From assembly GCA_038231155.1 (NCBI GenBank), contig JBBRLY010000009.1:1-51610 (forward strand): a stretch of DNA of 51,610 nt, in the 5' to 3' direction. The first letter of the stretch is position 1, and every line of letters starts with the position of its first letter. The notes beneath the pieces are model-generated. The model was not told the origin of the DNA. It saw only the letters and a list, made by a program, of their open reading frames with translations, and searched no databases. The stretch is from Candidatus Saccharimonadales bacterium (GTDB lineage Bacteria > Patescibacteriota > Saccharimonadia > Saccharimonadales > JANWIN01). Made by a program: the position numbers and the translations under genes. This document shows positions 48,184-51,610 of the stretch, piece after piece.

Positions 48184-48561
48184 GTCGATTTCGCCAATAT
48201 TGGTTACCGTAGCTGCAGCCTTTTTTAGTACAATTTCTTCAATATAGCTAAGGATAACCTCAAGTTGTTCATTACGTTTTATAAGAACATCAGGCATTTC
48301 ATTTCGCGGATCAACACCATTTTTGTGAGTTTCATCGTAAGGATCGACATTACCGGTTGCCCACATGAGGGCATCACGAGCTATAGCTTCTGGCGTTTCA
48401 ACTCCAGGTACTGCCAGTATTGGTTGATAGCAATTAGCCAAATTAAATAGTAATCTCGCTCGAGAGTTACGATCATGACTATTTTGGGCATCAAGAGCCA
48501 ACTCCGCTTGAGAAGTTACACTAGTTTCGGCTTTTAAAAATTGCTTATTCTGACGGTTCAT
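48148..48561 (-). CDS. Hypothetical protein
   Basis: 137-aa ORF with a TGTTATAAT promoter 9 nt before the ATG; 3' end overlaps dedA by 36 nt. Confidence 0.55.
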   Translation of the reverse strand: MNRQNKQFLKAETSVTSQAELALDAQNSHDRNSRARLLFNLANCYQPILAVPGVETPEAIARDALMWATGNVDPYDETHKNGVDPRNEMPDVLIKRNEQLEVILSYIEEIVLKKAAATVTNIGEIDLTMDQTLDAAS

Positions 48562-48571
48562 TACTTTATTA

Positions 48572-51391
48572 TTATAACATCTTTATCAAGTATTGACCAG
48601 TATAACTTTTAGTGTTCTTCGTTATCTGTTCTGGGGTGCCTTCAGCAATAATGTAACCACCGGCATCACCACCCTCCGGACCCATATCGATAATATGATC
48701 GGCAGACTTTATAACGTCTAGGTTATGTTCTATCACTATCATGCTATTGCCTGCTTCAACCAGAGCATGCAAAACATGTAAAAGCTTATCGACATCTGCC
48801 ATATGTAGACCGGTTGTCGGTTCATCAAGAATATAAAGGGTACGTCCGGTTGGACGGCGGGATAGTTCACTTGCTAACTTAATGCGCTGGGCTTCACCAC
48901 CCGATAAGGTTGTAGCCGGCTGACCCAGGCCAATGTAACCCAGGCCGACATCAACTAGAGTTTGCAGTTTACGTGCAACCGGTGGAATGTTTGCAAAAAA
49001 GTTTAGGGCTTGTTCACAGGTCATATCCAGTACGTCGCTAATAGTTTTACCTTTATAATGGATTTCCAGTGCTTCACGGTTATAGCGTTTGCCGTGACAG
49101 ACTTCGCAAGACACATATACGTCAGGTAAAAAATGCATTTCAATTTTAATAATTCCGTCTCCAGCACAGTTTTCACAGCGTCCGCCCTTAACGTTAAAGC
49201 TAAACCGGCCTGGTGAGTAGCCACGTAATTTAGCCTCTGGTACGCTGGCAAATAGTTCGCGAATCGGCGTAAATAAGCCAGTGTAGGTGGCCGGATTACT
49301 GCGCGGAGTACGGCCAATTGGCGATTGGTCAATAATTATAACTTTATCCAAGTGACTTATACCTTCGATGTCATCATGACGGCCTGGTACAGTATTGGCT
49401 CGGTGTAACCGAGCTGACAGTTCTTTAGCTAAAATGTCGTTTATTAGTGATGATTTACCGGATCCGGAAACGCCGCTTACTACAACTAATTCTCCAAGTG
49501 GAATTGTGATATCAAGGTCTTTTAAGTTATTTTCTTTAGCGCCTAATACCCTAAGTGACTTTCCATTGCCAGTTCGGCGTTTTTTGGGTACTGCGATCTT
49601 TTTATCACCTCGTAGATAGGCTCCAGTAATACTTGCTTTAGCTTTTGCTACTTTTTGCGGGACACCACTGGCAACAATCTTGCCACCATGAATCCCAGCA
49701 CCTGGACCAATATCTATTAAATAATCGGCAGTACGGATGGTTTCTTCATCGTGTTCAACCACGATTACGGTATTACCTAAATCACGCAGGTTTCTTAAAG
49801 TGCTGATTAGTCGATTATTATCTCGTTGGTGTAGGCCAATTGAAGGTTCATCTAGGACATAAAGTACTCCCTGTAAGCCTGAGCCAATTTGGGTTGCTAA
49901 TCGAATTCTTTGAGCTTCGCCACCGGATAAAGTTACGGCACTGCGCAGTAAGTTTAAGTAATTGAGACCAACGTCTTGCATAAAGCTAAGACGGGCTTTT
50001 ATCTCTTTTATAATCTGAGCCGCTATATGTTTTTGCTTATCATTAAGATTTATTTTATCAAAAAAGTTTGAGGCCTCATCGATAGACAGCTGGCAAATGT
50101 CCATGATAGATTGACTGGCAACTTTTACAGCTAGAACTTCCGGTTTTAGGCGCCTGCCATGACAAGCGTGGCAAGGTTTTTCCTGCATAAAGCGCTCAAT
50201 GTCACGTCGCATAAAATCACTTTCAGTTTCTTTATGCCGGCGTTCTAAATTAGGAATTACTCCTTCATAAGTTGTATCAAAGTAACGACCAATTCCAAGG
50301 CTAACTCGGTATTTACGACTACCAGTACCATAAAGTATCGTATTCAGCTGGTCTTGAGTAAGATCAGATGTCGGCACTTGAAGACTAAAACCGTGATCTT
50401 CCGCTACAGCCTGCATTTTTTTCATGTACCAGGCATCAATATTAATCCTATTGAAAGGTCTTATGGCACCCTCGGCAATTGTTAGTCTTCCATTTGGGAT
50501 TACAAGGTCTGGATCAACTTCTAATCTTGAACCCAGACCTGTGCAGACTGGACAAGCTCCGTGTGGGCTATTAAAACTAAAGGTTCGTGGTTCAAGTTCA
50601 GGAATAGATACGTCGGGGTGATCTACGCAAGCATACATCTGTGAATAACTAAACTCTTGGTTAGTATCTGCCTCAAGGGCATTGACTCGCTGGTCAGCAA
50701 TTTCCAAGGCTTGTTCGACGGCTTGACTTAAGCGACCTTGGCTTTCCGGGTCGTTAACTAGCCTATCTACAACTATTTCAATGGTATGTTTATAGTTTTT
50801 ATCTAGGGTCGGGAATTCGTCTAAGGCATAAATAACTTTATCGACTCTGACCCTAGCAAAACCAGCTCTTTGGTACTGCTCCGGAATGTGTTCAAAGGCA
50901 CCTTTTTTATCTATGACTATGGGAGCTAAGATTACTAACTTTGTCTTTTCAGGTAGCGAACTAATTTGATCCACAATTGCCGTAGAAGTTTGACGAGTTA
51001 CCGGCTTACCGCAGATTGGGCAATGTGGTATACCAACTCTGGCAAACAAAAGACGCAAGTAGTCATAAATTTCAGTGACTGTAGCTACAGTACTGCGAGG
51101 ATTACGGCTGGTGGATTTTTGATCAATGCTTATTGCTGGACTCAGTCCATCAATTTGATCGACATCTGGTTTTTCCATAAGGCCAAGAAACTGGCGGGCA
51201 TAAGAACTTAAAGATTCGACGTAGCGTCTTTGGCCTTCGGCGTAAATTGTATCAAAGGCCAAGCTTGATTTGCCTGACCCCGATAGACCTGTGATAACTA
51301 CTAGTTTGCCACGTGGAATATCTATACTTATGTCTTTGAGGTTGTGTTCTCTGGCCCCACTGACGGCAATAACATCACTCATAAAGTCCAA
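48572..51391 (-). CDS. uvrA: Excinuclease ABC subunit A (start may be the ATG at 51382)
   Basis: Two ABC cassettes ([33 protein letters not shown] twice) and zinc fingers. Confidence 0.98.
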   Translation of the reverse strand: MDFMSDVIAVSGAREHNLKDISIDIPRGKLVVITGLSGSGKSSLAFDTIYAEGQRRYVESLSSYARQFLGLMEKPDVDQIDGLSPAISIDQKSTSRNPRSTVATVTEIYDYLRLLFARVGIPHCPICGKPVTRQTSTAIVDQISSLPEKTKLVILAPIVIDKKGAFEHIPEQYQRAGFARVRVDKVIYALDEFPTLDKNYKHTIEIVVDRLVNDPESQGRLSQAVEQALEIADQRVNALEADTNQEFSYSQMYACVDHPDVSIPELEPRTFSFNSPHGACPVCTGLGSRLEVDPDLVIPNGRLTIAEGAIRPFNRINIDAWYMKKMQAVAEDHGFSLQVPTSDLTQDQLNTILYGTGSRKYRVSLGIGRYFDTTYEGVIPNLERRHKETESDFMRRDIERFMQEKPCHACHGRRLKPEVLAVKVASQSIMDICQLSIDEASNFFDKINLNDKQKHIAAQIIKEIKARLSFMQDVGLNYLNLLRSAVTLSGGEAQRIRLATQIGSGLQGVLYVLDEPSIGLHQRDNNRLISTLRNLRDLGNTVIVVEHDEETIRTADYLIDIGPGAGIHGGKIVASGVPQKVAKAKASITGAYLRGDKKIAVPKKRRTGNGKSLRVLGAKENNLKDLDITIPLGELVVVSGVSGSGKSSLINDILAKELSARLHRANTVPGRHDDIEGISHLDKVIIIDQSPIGRTPRSNPATYTGLFTPIRELFASVPEAKLRGYSPGRFSFNVKGGRCENCAGDGIIKIEMHFLPDVYVSCEVCHGKRYNREALEIHYKGKTISDVLDMTCEQALNFFANIPPVARKLQTLVDVGLGYIGLGQPATTLSGGEAQRIKLASELSRRPTGRTLYILDEPTTGLHMADVDKLLHVLHALVEAGNSMIVIEHNLDVIKSADHIIDMGPEGGDAGGYIIAEGTPEQITKNTKSYTGQYLIKML

Positions 51392-51474
51392 GAATTATAC
51401 TCTAAAACAGCTAAATAATCTAGAGTCTAAGGTTAGGCTTTCTATATCCTAGGTCAATAATTGAGTTAACCCCC

Positions 51475-51610
51475 CTACCTCACCACCACACTGCCATTAG
51501 TAGATGGGTTAAGTTCGTCATGGTAGCTGAATGTACCTACTTGGGTAAACTGGTAGGAATAGCTACTACCTGGTCCTAGGTTAGACTTGGAGTCTAGTCC
51601 TGGTAAGTCC
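51475..51610 (-). CDS. 3' end of a cupredoxin-like domain protein, truncated by the window edge
   Basis: Hand-translated ...DSKSNLGPGSSYSYQFTQVGTFSYHDELNPSTNGSVVVR-stop; LxPGxSYxxxFxxxGxFxYH..G.V.V cupredoxin C-terminal pattern. Confidence 0.7.
   Translation of the reverse strand, partial: DLPGLDSKSNLGPGSSYSYQFTQVGTFSYHDELNPSTNGSVVVR

Overview
AT-rich bacterial chromosomal segment using genetic code 11 (TGA acts as a stop, including ATGA overlaps). Gene content and order suggest a Patescibacteria/CPR organism, probably Saccharibacteria (inference): rpsP-khpA-trmD without rimM, rnc-NUDIX-nusB-Cys-free L32, secG next to a peptide-binding protein, and CPR-type pilin-like and cohesin/dockerin proteins. 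It holds about 50 CDS (leuS, ligA, uvrA, uvrC, htpX/lemA, rplY, secG, pepP, a murF-femX cell-wall cluster, surface proteins) and 9 tRNA genes, plus a variable region between convergent tRNA genes (30567-36477). I saw no CRISPR array, rRNA, integrase or transposase. The strongest unexplained signal is a 36-nt hairpin at 20515-20550 (-). It is a tRNA-Ala acceptor minihelix (GGGGC...GCTCC-ACCA, G3:U70, 14 bp, no D or anticodon arm) lying directly upstream of the murF / alpha-beta hydrolase / PLP aminotransferase / FemX-like aminoacyl-tRNA transferase / deacetylase operon. It may be a dedicated non-ribosomal alanine carrier for envelope synthesis. Other leads: a promoter-and-terminator-bounded ~150-nt structured RNA where rimM normally sits, a leader peptide before an ABC exporter, an AUA-start reductase, tRNAs with altered D/T-loop tertiary pairs, and several small ORFs missing from the ORF track. 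All family assignments come from motif recognition by eye; no database search was run.
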